Position numbers and translations under genes: made by a program
Shown here: in pieces, positions 26,606 through 39,092 of the stretch
Layout of the letters: each line of letters begins with the position of its first letter
Numbering within the stretch: the stretch's first letter is position 1
The notes under the pieces: model-generated
Databases searched by the model: none
Seen by the model: only the letters and a program-made list of their open reading frames with translations
What the model was told of the DNA's origin: nothing
DNA from: Callorhinchus milii
Lineage: Eukaryota
DNA: 64,000 nt
Reading direction: 5' to 3'
Assembly: GCF_018977255.1 (NCBI RefSeq)
Contig: NW_024704742.1
Location: forward strand, 72,108,001-72,172,000

Positions 26606-26718
26606 GTAGGTGGCCTGTAGGTGTGGGGCGAGGGTCTCTGTACGTGGGGTGAGGGTCTCTGCATGGGGCGCGGGTGTCTGTGTGGAGTGAAATACAGAGA
26701 TTTCACTGTGTGTTCCAG

Positions 26719-26823
26719 GAGCTGACGATGGACACGGAGTTGGAAGCTGTGAATGGGAAGCGGCTCCGAGCGCTCCAGGTCTTCTCCCACGCACTCTCTT
26801 ACTTCCGACACCACGCCCTGATG
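26719..26823 (+). CDS. HSPA12B: HSPA12B coding exon 5
   Basis: [35 protein letters not shown]; 105 bp. Confidence 0.95.
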
Positions 26824-27047
26824 GTACGGATCCCCTACACCAGCACAACCCACATCTCCCACACACCACTCAGCTCACCCCCACGCACACCTCAGCCCTC
26901 CCCACACACACACCACCCACCTCACCCCCCCACCACACCTCACCACCCACACACCTCACCCCCCACACACCGCAACCCCCACCCCACGGGATGATCAATA
27001 TTATAAGATAATAAGGAATGAGAAATGGGGATAATGACTGAAGGGTA

Positions 27048-27322
27048 TGTGAGGTTACACAGTGTGAGGTTACACAGTGACTGGCTGTGTGAGGTTACAC
27101 AGTGTGAGGTTACACAGTGACTGGCTGTGTGAGGTTACACAGTGTGAGGTTACACAGTGACTGGCTGTGTGAGGTTACACAGTGTGAGGTTACAGCGACT
27201 GGCTGTGTGAGGTTACACAGTGACTGGCTGTGTGAGGTTACACAGTGTGAGGTTACACAGCGACTGGCTGTGTGAGGTTACACAGTGACTGGCTGTGTGA
27301 GGTTACACAGTGACTGGCTGTG
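27048..27322. repeat. gtgaggttacacagt(gactggct) compound minisatellite
   Basis: Direct observation; ends at the exon 6 acceptor. Confidence 0.95.
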
Positions 27323-27339
27323 TTCTGTGTTGTGTACAG

Positions 27340-27456
27340 GAGCTTGCCGATCATGCCCAGGAGCCACTAGAGGCGGAGGCTGTGCGCTGGGTGATCACAG
27401 TCCCCGCTATATGGAAACAGCCGGCGAAACAGTTCATGAGGGAAGCCGCATACCTG
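27340..27456 (+). CDS. HSPA12B: HSPA12B coding exon 6
   Basis: [39 protein letters not shown]; 117 bp. Confidence 0.95.
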
Positions 27457-27479
27457 GTGAGTGAGGGCGGCTGAGGGGG

Positions 27480-29027
27480 GCCTCAGTGTTGATGGGGGCG
27501 CTCTGTGTCGCGCGAGGTGGGGATGGGGCGCTCTGTGTCGCGCGAGGTGGGGATGGGGCGCTCTGTGTCGCGCGAGGTGGGGGGCGCTCTGTGTCGCGCG
27601 AGGTGGGGGGGCGCTCAGTGTCGCGCGAGGTGGGGGGGGCGCTCTGTGTCGCGCGAGGTGGGGGGGCGCTCAGTGTCGCGCGAGGGGGGGGCGCTCAGTG
27701 TCGCGCGAGGGGGGGGCGCTCAGTGTCGCGCGAGGGGGGGCGGGCGCTCAGTGTCGCGCGAGGGGGGGGGCGCTCAGTGTCGCGCGAGGGGGGGGGCGCT
27801 CAGTGTCGCGCGAGGGGGGGGGCGCTCAGTGTCGCGCGAGGGGGGGGGCGCTCAGTGTCGCGCGAGGGGGGGCGCTCAGTGTCGCGCGAGGGGGGGGCGC
27901 TCAGTGTCGCGCGAGGGGGGGGGCGCTCAGTGTCGCGCGAGGGGGGGGGCGCGGGGGGGGGGGCGCTCAGTGTCGCGCGAGGGGGGGGGGCGCTCAGTGT
28001 CGCGCGAGGGGGGGGGCGCTCAGTGTCGCGCGAGGGGGGGGGGCGCTCAGTGTCGCGCGAGGGGGGGGGGCGCTCAGTGTCGCGCGAGGGGGGGGGGCGC
28101 TCAGTGTCGCGCGAGGGGGGGGGGCGCTCAGTGTCGCGCGAGGGGGGGCGCTCAGTGTCGCGCGAGGGGGGGGGCGCTCAGTGTCGCGCGAGGGGGGGGG
28201 GCGCTCAGTGTCGCGCGAGGGGGGGGGCGCTCAGTGTCGCGCGGAGGGGGGGGGCGCTCAGTGTCGCGCGAGGGGGGGGGCGCTCAGTGTCGCGCGAGGG
28301 GGGGGGCGCTCAGTGTCGCGGGGGGGGGCGCTCAGTGTCGCGGGGGGGGGCGCGCTCAGTGTCGCGGGGGGGGGCGCTCAGTGTCGCGGGGGGGGTGGGA
28401 GCTCAGTGTCGGGGGGGGGGGAGCTCAGTGTCGCGGGGGGGGTGCGGAGCTCAGTGTCGCGGGGGGGGTGGGAGCTCAGTGTCGCGGGGGGGGGAGCTCC
28501 GTGTCGCGGGGGGTGGGAGCTCAGTGTCGCGGGGGGGTGGGAGCTCAGTGTCGCGGGGGGGTGGGAGCTCAGTGTCGCGGGGGGTGGGAGCTCAGTGTCG
28601 CGGGGGGTGGAGCTCAGTGTCGCGGGGGGGTGGGAGCTCAGTGTCGCGGGGGGGGGGGGGGGGGGGAGCTCAGTGTCGCGGGGGGGGGGGTGGGAGCTCA
28701 GTGTCACGGGGGGTGGGAGCTCAGTGTCGCGGGGGGGGTGCGCGTTCAGTGTCGCGGGGGGGTGGGAGCTCAGTGTCGCGGTGGGGGGGGTGGAAGCTCA
28801 GTGTCGCGGGGGGGGTGGGAGCTCAGTGTCACGGGGGGGTGGGCGCTCAGTGTCGCGGGGGGGTGCGCGTTCAGTGTCGCGGGGGGTGGGAGCTCAGTGT
28901 CGCGGGTGGGGGGGGTGGGAGCTCAGTGTCGCGGGTGGGGGGGGTGGGAGCTCAGTGTCACGGGGAGGTGGGAGCTCAGTGTCGCAGGAGAGGGCACTCA
29001 ATGTTGGAGGAGTGCTCAGTGTCGGGG
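27480..29027. repeat. G-rich CpG-dense minisatellite of about 24-26 bp (ctcagtgtcgcgcgaGn) filling HSPA12B intron 6
   Basis: About 60 units with variable G-runs. Confidence 0.97.
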
Positions 29028-29037
29028 TCTCTCCCAG

Positions 29038-29218
29038 GCGGGCCTGGCCTCCCGTGAGTTCGCGGAGCAGCTGTTGATCGCCCTGGAGCCTGAGGCAGCA
29101 GCGATTTACTGTCGAAAACTACGTCTCCACCAATTGCATGAGCTGAGCCCCCAGCACCCGGGGACCCGACCGGGCAATTGCCCCAGCCCCGGCTCCATCC
29201 ACTCCAGCTTCAGACAGG
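29038..29218 (+). CDS. HSPA12B: HSPA12B coding exon 7
   Basis: [33 protein letters not shown]...SSFRQ; 181 bp. Confidence 0.95.
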
Positions 29219-29712
29219 GTTAGTCAGCTCTCCTCCCACCCTTGCCCCCCCGCTCTCCTCCCGTCCCTGCTCTCCTCCCCCCACACCGTCCCCACTCTCC
29301 TCCCCTGTACCGTCCCCGCTCCCCTTCCCACCTGTCACCCCTCCGCTGTGGGGTGTGTTGGGGTGAGATGTTGTGGGGTGGAGAGGGTTGGGTTGGCGTG
29401 GGGTGGCGAGGGCTGGGATGGGCTGGATTGATGTGGGGTGGGGCTGGGGTGGAGCTGGGTTGCAGTGGGGCTGGGGTGGGGAGGGTTGGGCTGGGGTGGG
29501 GGGGGGGATTTGGGTGGGCTGGGCTAGGTTGGGCTGAGTTGGGGTGGGCTGGGGTGGGGGGGGGGATTTGGGTGGGCTGGGCTAGGTTGGGCTGAGTTGG
29601 GTTGGGCGGGGGTGGGGGATTTGGGTGGGCTGGGCTAGGTTGGGCTGAGTTGGGGTGGGCTGGGGTGAGTGAAATCGTAGGATCGAATGTGTTTTTTTCC
29701 TGTCTCCCACAG

Positions 29713-29799
29713 CCCGGGAACAGCTGAGACGTTCTCGGCACAGCCGCACCTTCCTGGTGGAGACAGGCGTTGGCGAGCTGTGGGCGGAGATGCAACCAG
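29713..29799 (+). CDS. HSPA12B: HSPA12B coding exon 8
   Basis: (A)[28 protein letters not shown]; matches recalled HSPA12B. Confidence 0.95.
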
Positions 29800-29967
29800 G
29801 TAGGGGAGGTGGGGCAGGGAGGGTCACATTCAGGGTGGGAGGGTGCGGGGGTAGGGGTCGTAAGGGGAGTGGTCACTGAGGAAAGGGGCTGTACAGACAG
29901 GGGGTCGTAGCACTGAGGGTTGTTTGTGTTTGACCCCTGACCTGCTCTGACCGTGTCGGTGTGACAG

Positions 29968-30072
29968 GTGACCAATACATTGTGGCTGACTGTGGTGGTG
30001 GCACCGTGGACCTGACGGTGCACCAGATCGAGGAATCACGGGGAACACTGAAAGAGCTGTACAAGGCCTCAG
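29968..30072 (+). CDS. HSPA12B: HSPA12B coding exon 9
   Basis: (G)[34 protein letters not shown]; phosphate-2 motif. Confidence 0.95.
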
Positions 30073-31580
30073 GTCAGCACTACACCCCACACCGCACAAC
30101 AGCACACCTCACTACACCTCACACCGCACCACACCTCACTACACAACACAGCTCATCACACCTCACCACACCACACTACACCTCACTACACACCTCACTA
30201 CATCTCACCTCAGTACACCTCACCACACCACACTTAGGTACCCAGCACTGGACAGGGGGTGGTTCGGATGTGGAACCAATTGGGGCTCAAGGCCAGTGGT
30301 GATGGTCAAAGGGTGTGAGTGTTGGGGGCAAGGGATTGAGGGTCTGAGGTCAATCAATGCTTTCCTTACAATCGATAGGATGAGCCCTTATTATATGCAA
30401 AGGAATCTTTCATCTCTGCCTCTCGCCTGGTTCAAAACGATGTGGGTTCATGCTCCACGTTGGGTCTCTGCGATCACAGTCCAGGCCCAGGCTCCAGTGT
30501 TGCGCTGAGGGGTTGGGGCAGAAGTGCCATCCTTTAGATGAGACATTAAACCAAGGCTCCATCTGAGCCTGTCCAGGTGGATGTGAAAGATCCCGCGGAG
30601 CTATTGGAAAAGAGAAGGGAAAGTTTTCTGTACTGAAAACACAACCCTCTGAGCCGTAGGTGAGGGTGGAGGAGACTGAGTGAGACCAAGACTGAGGAGA
30701 GAGCTGGGCTCATGGACACGGGGAGAAAGCCAGAGACTGAGAGCCCCATGTCTCTCACTCAGGTTCAGCCACTGCTGGACCTGGGCAGGTGGAGCAGAAT
30801 CACCACCTCGTGGCTAGAAATGGTATCACCTCAAGCCCCACAATGACTGGCTACAGGAACACACAGTCCACTCCTTGTGGGGAGCGGCCAGGGTTTCCAG
30901 GGCTCCACTGGCTCCAAAGTGACATGTTTGGCAACTGAATGTCAGATTCAAACCCACCTTCTGTGACTGGTCTCTCTTCCGGTTCATGAGCAAGGCAGGT
31001 CTGCAGTATTCCAGAGCACCGCTGATGACAGCACAGCCCTGTCTGGCTCGTTGGCAGGACCTGGAAGGGTAGACCAGTCACGGTGGGGGGGCAGGTAATT
31101 CTAACACTCAGCTCCTGTTAACCCTGCAAGGCAAAGCCCTAATGGGTAGGGTGGTCCTAGCTGGACAAGCAGCGGGAAAGCTTGCAAGACACCGATATCA
31201 ATGGCAAGCTATGTGCTTTTATATAGTGTAATGGTGGACTCCCTGAGCCAGGCAGGTACTGATACATAGACATAGTTTGTGACAAGCAGAGCTCAACGCA
31301 GCACACTCCATACACAACACACCTGCATGTGCTGTCAGTGTGCTGTAAACCCTCGGACATGCAAAATCCCTCCACATTAGATGCTATTAAACGTCAGATC
31401 TCTTTGTTCTTTTTTTCCATGGCCAGTATCTATTGTGTGCTCACATCACACCCTCACGTTGGTGTTATGTCTCCTGCTCAACACACTCTACTCACAGAGA
31501 GACAAAATTCGCTCACAGTGATATGTCTCTCGCTCACATTGGTGTTGTGTCTCTCATTCACGTTGGTGTCTCTCTCGCAG

Positions 31581-31839
31581 GGGGCCCTCACGGGGCGCTG
31601 GGTGTGGACCTGGCCTTCGAGGATTTGCTGGGACAGATTTTCGGCTGGGATTTCATTCGTTGTTTTAAGCTGAAGAGACCGGCCGCCTGGGTGGACCTGA
31701 TGATTGCCTTTGAGGCCCGGAAACGGACAGCATCACCCAACCGGCCCAACGCACTCAATATCTCCCTGCCCTTCTCCTTCATAGACTTCTACAGGAGGCA
31801 CAGATCACAGAGCGTGGAGGCTGCCATCAGGAGGAGCAC
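31581..31839 (+). CDS. HSPA12B: HSPA12B coding exon 10
   Basis: [16 protein letters not shown]...[17 protein letters not shown]...[15 protein letters not shown]; 259 bp. Confidence 0.95.
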
Positions 31840-32276
31840 GTAGGAGATCAGAGAGAGTGAGAGAGAGAGTGTGAGAGTGTGTCTGTGAGAGCAAGAGAGT
31901 GCATGCGTGTGAGAAAGTATGTGTGTGAGAGAGAGGAAGTGAAAGAGAGAGAGGGAGAGAGAGTGTGAGAGAGTGGGGGGGGGAGAATTTTAGAGAGAGA
32001 ATGTGTGGGAGAGAGAGTGAGAGAGGGATGTGGAGATAGAGAGGAGTAGGAGGATTGGATGGATAGGTGCTCTGAGAGCCAAGGCAGACACTCTGGACCG
32101 AATGGCCTCCTTCTGGGCTGAAAATTTCTAGGATTCTCTCTCTGTTCTCTCACTGTTTTATCTTTCTCTCTCTTTTCTCTCTGTTTACTTTCATTGTCTC
32201 TCTGTTCACTCTCTCTCTGTTCGCTTTCTCTCTCTGCATTCACACACTCTCTCTCTCTCTCTCTCTCTGTCCCCAG

Positions 32277-32380
32277 ATGTAACGCAGTCCAATGGTCCTC
32301 TCAGGGAATGCTGCGTCTCTCTCCTGAGGCCATTAACCAGCTCTTCCAGCCGACTATCAAACAGGTGCTTCAGCACATAG
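32277..32380 (+). CDS. HSPA12B: HSPA12B coding exon 11
   Basis: CNAVQWSSQGMLRLSPEAINQLFQPTIKQVLQHI; 104 bp. Confidence 0.95.
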
Positions 32381-32549
32381 GTCAGTAACCCCTTCACCTG
32401 TCCTCCCCCATCGCTCCCCCTCTACCTTGCTCCCCCTCCCCACACAGTCACCTCCCCCTCTCTCCAGCTCTCTCTCTTTTCTTTCCCCCCGCTCCCCATC
32501 TCCCCCTCCTGCTCCCCATCCCTCTCCCTCGGGCTCTGTCTCTTTCTTC

Positions 32550-33700
32550 TCAATAGTAAACTAGTGGTTTTACCCAGTTAAACTCCAGCAAAGGGTGATA
32601 GAGCTAATTCAGGAGACTCCAGGCCAGTCAGCTTAATATTGGCTGTGGATGAGGTATTTGGAATCCATAATAAAAGATGAAGTAACTAGTCATCTGGAGA
32701 AGGAGAATATAATTGTGTGCAGCCAACATAGGTTCATGAAAGCAAGGTCACACTTGACCAACCTTAGCAAATTCTTTGAAGATATAACCAATAAAATAGA
32801 TGAGGGAAGTGCGGTGTATCTGGATTTCCAGAAAGCTTTTGATAAAGTGCCACATGAGAAGCTCGTGAGTAAAATAGGGGTGTGTGGAGAGGCAGCAGAA
32901 TGGATTAAAGAATGGTTAGGAAACCAAAAGCAAAGGGTAGGAGTCAAGAGCATCTCCTCAGAATGGCAAGAAGCAGGAAGTTACGCAGGGATCCATGTTG
33001 TGACCACTGCTGTTCACCATATGCATAACTAATTTGGATTCAGATATAGGTGTGGTGTCAACGTTTGCACATGACACAAAACTGGGGGTGGGGGGCTATA
33101 AACAGTAAAGACGATATGCAGAAGAATGCAGGTAGATATAAACAGGCTTGCAGGATAGGCAGACTGGTAGCAAATGAAGTTTAATATAGAAAAATGCAAA
33201 TTAATTCACAGTTTGGTGTCATGTGCAAATTTATGGCATAAATCCAGAAATGTTTAACCAAGAAAATTTATTTCGTTGGCTGACCAAAAAGGTTGGCCAC
33301 CACTGATATAGATGGTAGGAACATAAGAGGAATAGCGAAGCAAAGAGATCTGGGGATTCAGATCCACAAATCTCTAAAAATAGCTACACAGGTGGATAAG
33401 GCTATAAAAAGGCCAATGGGGTCCTGGACTTTATATCCAGAGGCTAGCGTATAAAGTGAGGAGATGTGATGTTTAAAGGGGGACCTAACACAGAGGGTAG
33501 TGAGATTGTGGACTCGCTGCCTGAAGTGGTGGTTGAATCAGATAATGTAGATGCATTCAAGAGGAAGCTGAACCTTCACATGAAGCAGAGGGAAATAGAG
33601 GGTGTGGGAGGGAGTAAGTTGTGGGCCAAGACTTGTGTGGAGTATAAACACCGGCACAGACTGGTTGGGTCGAGTGGCCAATTTTCATGCTGTACAGTCT
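32550..33700 (+). mobile_element. CR1 LINE fragment
   Basis: VYLDFQKAFDKVPH RT motif, frameshifts, and a 3'UTR remnant. Confidence 0.9.
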
Positions 33701-34035
33701 GTGTAAATCTCTCTCTCTCCTCCCCCCTCCCACTGTCATCGTCTCACTGTCCCTCTTTCCCTCCTTTCTCTTCCTTCCTTCCTCCCCTCCACCCGCCCAC
33801 CCCACTGTCTGTCTCTCCCTCTCAATCCTCTTATCTCTCTCACACACTCCCCATCTCTCTTTCCGCTCTCTCTTTCCTCCCACTCTGTCTCACTCACCCT
33901 TTCTCCCCTCAATGTCTCATTATCTCCCTCCTCTTTCTCACTCTCTCTCCCCTCCTCTCTCTCATTCTCTTCCTCTTTCTCATGCTCTCACCCGCTCACT
34001 CCCTATGTCTCTCTCTCTCTCTCTCTCTCACACAG

Positions 34036-34688
34036 AGAACCTGATGCGAAGACCTGAGGTCGGGGGGGTGCGGTTCCTCTTCTTGGTGGGGGGCTTTGCC
34101 GAGTCGGCGATGCTGCAGCAGGCAGTGCAGGGGATGCTGGGCGGCAAGTGTCGGGTTATCATCCCCCAGGATGTGGGGCTGACCATCCTGAAGGGGGCGG
34201 TGCTGTTTGGCCTGGACCCCGGGGTGGTGCGTGTGCGGCGCTCGCCCCTCACCTACGGGGTGGGGGTCCTCAACACCTTTGTGGAGGGCAAACACCCGCA
34301 GGACAAGCTGCTGGTGAAGGACGGTGTGCGCTGGTGCACTGATGTCTTTGACAGCTTCGTGGCAGCCGATCAGTCAGTGGCGGTAGGTGAGGTGGTTCAC
34401 CGCAGCTACACTCCAGCCCGGCGTGGCCAGAGCAAGATCCTCATCAACATCTACTGCAGTGCAGCCGACAGCGTGGCCTACGTCACTGAGCCGGGCGTCC
34501 GCAAGTGCGGCACCATCAGCCTGGACCTCCCACAGGCATCCCCTGACCAGCCCCCCACCGGCAGCTCCCGGCACCGCCGAGAGATCAGGACCAGCATGCA
34601 ATTTGGTGACACAGAGATCAGAGTGACCGGCATGGACATGACCACCGCCCGCTCCGTCAAGGTCGCTATCGACTTCCTCTCCAATTAA
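34036..34688 (+). CDS. HSPA12B: HSPA12B last coding exon
   Basis: ...[11 protein letters not shown]...[10 protein letters not shown]...IDFLSN*; the 12 exons sum to 2061 nt = 686 aa plus stop. Confidence 0.96.
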
Positions 34689-36292
34689 AAGGGAGAGGCC
34701 AATGAGGGGGAGGCCAATGAGGGGGAGGCCAATGAGGGGGAGGAGAGGAGGGCAGTGAGGGGTAGGAAGTTTGCAGAGAGTGCCTAGTACCTGTTATCCA
34801 CCTAGTGGGAGCTCAGCTTGTATCTGTCAGAAGTCAAATAACCAACTATCCTCCTCCTGGGGGTAGGAGGAAAGCTGGGTTTCCTCTGAGCTGAACTGGC
34901 TCCAGGGTGACATATTTGGCAATAGAATGTCAGAATGCCCTCTGTGACGGTCTCTAGTCCGGTTCCTGAACCAAGCCGGGTCCACAGTATTCCAGGGCAC
35001 TGCTGATGACAGCTCAGCCCAGCCTGGCTCATCGGGAGGACTTGGAAGGGCAGACCAGTCACTGGGGGCAGGGAATCCTCCCACTCAGCTCCTGTTAACC
35101 CTGCAAACCAAAGCCCTAATGGGTAGGATGGTCCCAGTTGGACAAGCAGTGGGAAAGCTTGCCAGACAGTGCTCTCAATGACAAGCTATGTGGCTTTAGC
35201 TGGGTTCCAGCAGTTACCCCAACGCACTCTCTGGGATCCCCAAGACTTGGCTCTTGACAACCTGCACCTAATACTCTCCGGAATTAGGATGTGTCCCTCC
35301 AGGGGAAGAGTGTGCCTTCCATTCCAACAATCTATATCTTGGATTTCAATGTATAGGTGGGATGCATGGAACTGTGTGCACAGTTGCAGTTATAATTTTG
35401 GGTCAACCGGGTGTCTGACACATGCAGAAACCCAACAACAACAACTTGCATTTATATAGCGCCCCCCATGCAGGGTAGCGTCCCAGAGTGCTTGACAGTG
35501 GTGGAGTGTGAGGACACAGAGGGTGTGAGGGCGGATGAGTATCCAAACAAAACTGAGAATTCTATGTATCCCATCTACACATGGAACTTCCAGGGATAGA
35601 TTGTTGGATTCTCTCCCTGAAAGGACGCGAGTTGATCATTCGACATCCGACAAGCGTAGGTTTGAGCTTTCGCTAGGCGGATGGTAGGTACCAGGAACTT
35701 CCCGTGACCCTCTCGATGGGCAACACAACAGCAACAACAAGTAGCATTTGTATAGTGCCTTTAACGTCGGGAGAACATCCCAAGGCACTGGACAGTCAAG
35801 GGCTTGCACAGCTCAGTATGAAATGCACGAGAGCATTGCCACCATCTTCCTGTCTGCAGTTCAAGCACACGTCCATTCCAATAGTTGAGGGTGCAGCGTT
35901 TAAGCAGCAGCTGCTTGCCTTTCTGCAAGCCAATCGGTGGATTCCAGGTGCTGTATGTAGGAACGTGTTCACGAACTCGGACCCTAGGTAATGCCTTCCA
36001 GCAGCTTGCGCCCCTAACCTCTATTTGATGGACATCTGCCCCCAAAATGCCATCCTCGTTCCAACCCCCTAGTGATCATCTCCCCCCACTCCCCATGGTG
36101 CTTGTTACACAAAGGTGTATGTCCCACGAGGGCTGCAGAATGGGGGGATCTCTGTCAATAACTGGTGCCTTCACTGTAACATCAGGTTGTGGGTAAATTT
36201 GTAAAAATGGGTTTTATTTTTATATATTCTATCTGATTATTTGTTGCTATAACTCTCTATCCTGTTGCCATTTATTGTAACTAATTATTGAT

Positions 36293-36302
36293 AATAAATA
36301 AA
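36293..36302 (+). promoter_or_regulatory. Putative HSPA12B poly(A) signal (overlapping AATAAA motifs)
   Basis: AATAAATAAA following an AT-rich 3' region. Confidence 0.5.
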
Positions 36303-36365
36303 TAATCCTTGTGCTTGATCCGACCCCAATATGTGAGCTGACAGGCACAGACGGAACCATGGTTT

Positions 36366-36720
36366 TATAATAATAGTAATCATAATCCTAGCATTTGATA
36401 TAGCGCCTTATCACATTGTTGAGATGTTTCAAAGCGTTTCACAAAATCTAGTTTAAAGTGAATTGACCGTATATTTGTGGGTGAAACATGGCAGCCATTT
36501 ATGCACAGCAGTGTTCCACAAACAGTCGTGGATTGAGTGACTACATTTTATTTTTTGAAGAGTTTATTACCTCCAGAAACCAATCAACTAACAACTGGGT
36601 TCTTACTTACTGCTGGGTAAACAGAGGTGTGTGGAGTAAGGTTTTGCCCTGTCTGGGAATCAACTCCCGGAACCTCTCGTTTGCGAGGCGAGTGCCCTAA
36701 CCAATACACTACAGGACTCC
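36366..36720 (-). mobile_element. Full-length tRNA-SINE
   Basis: Reverse complement head ending ggactcc at 36720, with body and tail. Confidence 0.88.
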
Positions 36721-38669
36721 TAGTGAACTGAAAAGGTACCAACTTTAATGACTCATTTTAAGAACAGCATCTCCAACCCACAGTAACACAGTGTCAGACA
36801 GGAGCAGATGATCGCCCACCTCACACGCACAAGATTCCTCAGCACCATCTCTCTCATCACCTCAAAACCCCAGTCTGTCCACATTGACAGTCTTGCTCGT
36901 TTGTTCTGTTATTCTCTGTCTCGCTGCCCAGCGATCGCCAGTTCCTGGAAAGCCTAGACACCCCTGTGCTTTCCTTGTTTGGCCCTATCAGCGCTGGCTG
37001 TCTGACTTGCCAGGAATCTGCTTCTTATCGGTTTATTTCTAGGAAAATGATTTTCAGGATTACAGCCAGGTGATCGTACGGCTTCCTCACACCCACCCCA
37101 TGGCTCCTCTTCCTGCCAATGGAACGCATATCAATCATTCATCCTGAACTCCAGCAATCTCCAACCAATTCCAACCCCATCCACACTGCTCTCTTTCTCA
37201 ATCATTCTCATTCTCCCTGTCAAACTTTCTCATTCACACTCTCTTTCTGTCAATTTTTTTTTGGTCACTCTCTGTCGATCTTCCCTGTTCTCTCAGTCTC
37301 TCGCGCTCTCTGTTTCAACACATGTCAACACCCAGCACTAGTCTATAGCACATGTCAACACCCAGCTCAGAGTCTGATACACTCCCATATTCACTCACTC
37401 TCACGCATTCACTCACACATTCATTCATCCTCGTCTTAACTTCTATCTGAATAGACACAGACGTGAACTTGGTTTAACACCGCATACAGAGGATGGTGTC
37501 TCCAGCACTGCGCTGGAGCACCATCCTGAACTGTCGGCCAAGAGTCACCCATGTTGGAATTCGGCAAGAGGCAGAGCGAGGGTGTGAGGGGCAGAGGTAA
37601 GGGGCAGAGCAAGAGTGTGTGTGGGGAGTGAAGGTATGAGGGGCGGAGCGAGGGTGTGAGGGGTGCAGTGAGGGTATGAGGGGTGGAGCGAAGGTATGAG
37701 GGGTGGAGCCGGGTGCGAAGGGTGGAGCGAGGTTGTGAAGGGCAGAGTGAGGGTGTGAAGGAAAGAGTGTACATGCACACTCACTTACGCACATTCACTC
37801 ACACTGTTTAATAGTTTTCCTTTAGTTTTCTGGTTGGAATATTGGGAGTGAAGAGTTAACAGAAAGAGCAGGAAAGGAGCCGGATTCTGGCCGACAACCA
37901 CGCAGGAATGTCACGCCCACTTACCTCCTGGCCTAATGGGCTGTGTCACCTTTCACCCCATCCCTATGCTTGGGTGAGCACGGGGGAGAGGGTGGTGGGG
38001 GGGGGAGGGGGAAAGCACTGCATTCACCCTACCTCACCCATCTCCCCCCACAAACAACCTCGCTGCCCTGGGAGTGTATACGGACAATGTAGGGGGAGCT
38101 TTACTCTGTCTCTAACCCATGTGGTCGCAGTCCCACCACCTTGGAACATCCTTCTGACCACTATTCAAATGTAATTTGTTGTTGTTGTCACTAACCTGGG
38201 AGTTTATAAGGACAGTGTAGAGGTAGCTTTACTCTGGCTCTAAACCGTGTTGTCACTGACTTGGGAGTGTGGATGGTATAATATAGGTAGGAGTGAATCA
38301 TACTGTGCATTGTACACACAGGCGATAACACTGAGACACACAGGAATCGTTCAGCACCGGAGGGGAGGGAGGCAGCCATACAGGCACACAAAGGTGAGAG
38401 CAGGAACACGCGAGGTCAATTAACTAGGTCAGAGCAGAGAGGGTCTGTGCCCCCCATCCCTTCTCGGGCTCCGTTATGATGGGACCCTCTCGCAGGACAG
38501 AAAAGCAGACACACGCACTCAGCTCCCCAGGCCTGAAATTCCACTTGTTCTCACCCGTAAAACCATTTGGCTTAAAATGTAAATTCCTCAATCAGTCTCA
38601 GTTTGAAGCCACTTTTTCCGTAGTTTCTTAAAAGATAAATATTCTCAGAACCGACAACATCAAAGATCT

Positions 38670-39092
38670 GAAAACACTTCAGTGGGATTCACTCTAAAGT
38701 GTAGTGACTGTGTGTTTTGTGGGTGAATGCAGCACCTAATTTGCACACAGCAACGTTCCACTCACAGCAATGTCCTGCTAACAGCCGTGTGGTGAATGAT
38801 CAATTTCATTTGGGGGATTGTTGGCCAGGCACTGGGAGAGAGAAACTCCCTTCTCGTTTCGAATAGTCCTGTGGGATCTTTAATATCCACCTGAACTGCA
38901 GACAGGACCTTGGATTAACATCTCAGCCAAAGGACGGCACCCTCTGACAACGCAGCACCCACCCACCCCTCACACCCCCTGCACTGTATTGCAGTGTCAG
39001 CTTAGTCTGTGTGATTTCAAGATCTGATGGGGCTTGAACTCACAATCTTCTGACTCAGAGGTGAGAGTGCTAGCACTGAGCCAGGCTGACAC
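38670..39092 (-). mobile_element. Near full-length DeuSINE-like element
   Basis: tRNA-like head (ctcagtgctagcactctcacctctgagtcagaag), Deu-like core and tail on the minus strand. Confidence 0.75.

Noticed and set aside
27461..29077. Three ORFs over 500 aa rich in Gly/Arg
   Set aside because: A stop-free minisatellite within a GT-AG intron; only 29038-29218 is real coding sequence
20283..34688. Assignment as HSPA12A
   Set aside because: The N-terminal SCGVAPLTPS segment, [16 protein letters not shown] and the C-terminal IDFLSN match recalled HSPA12B better
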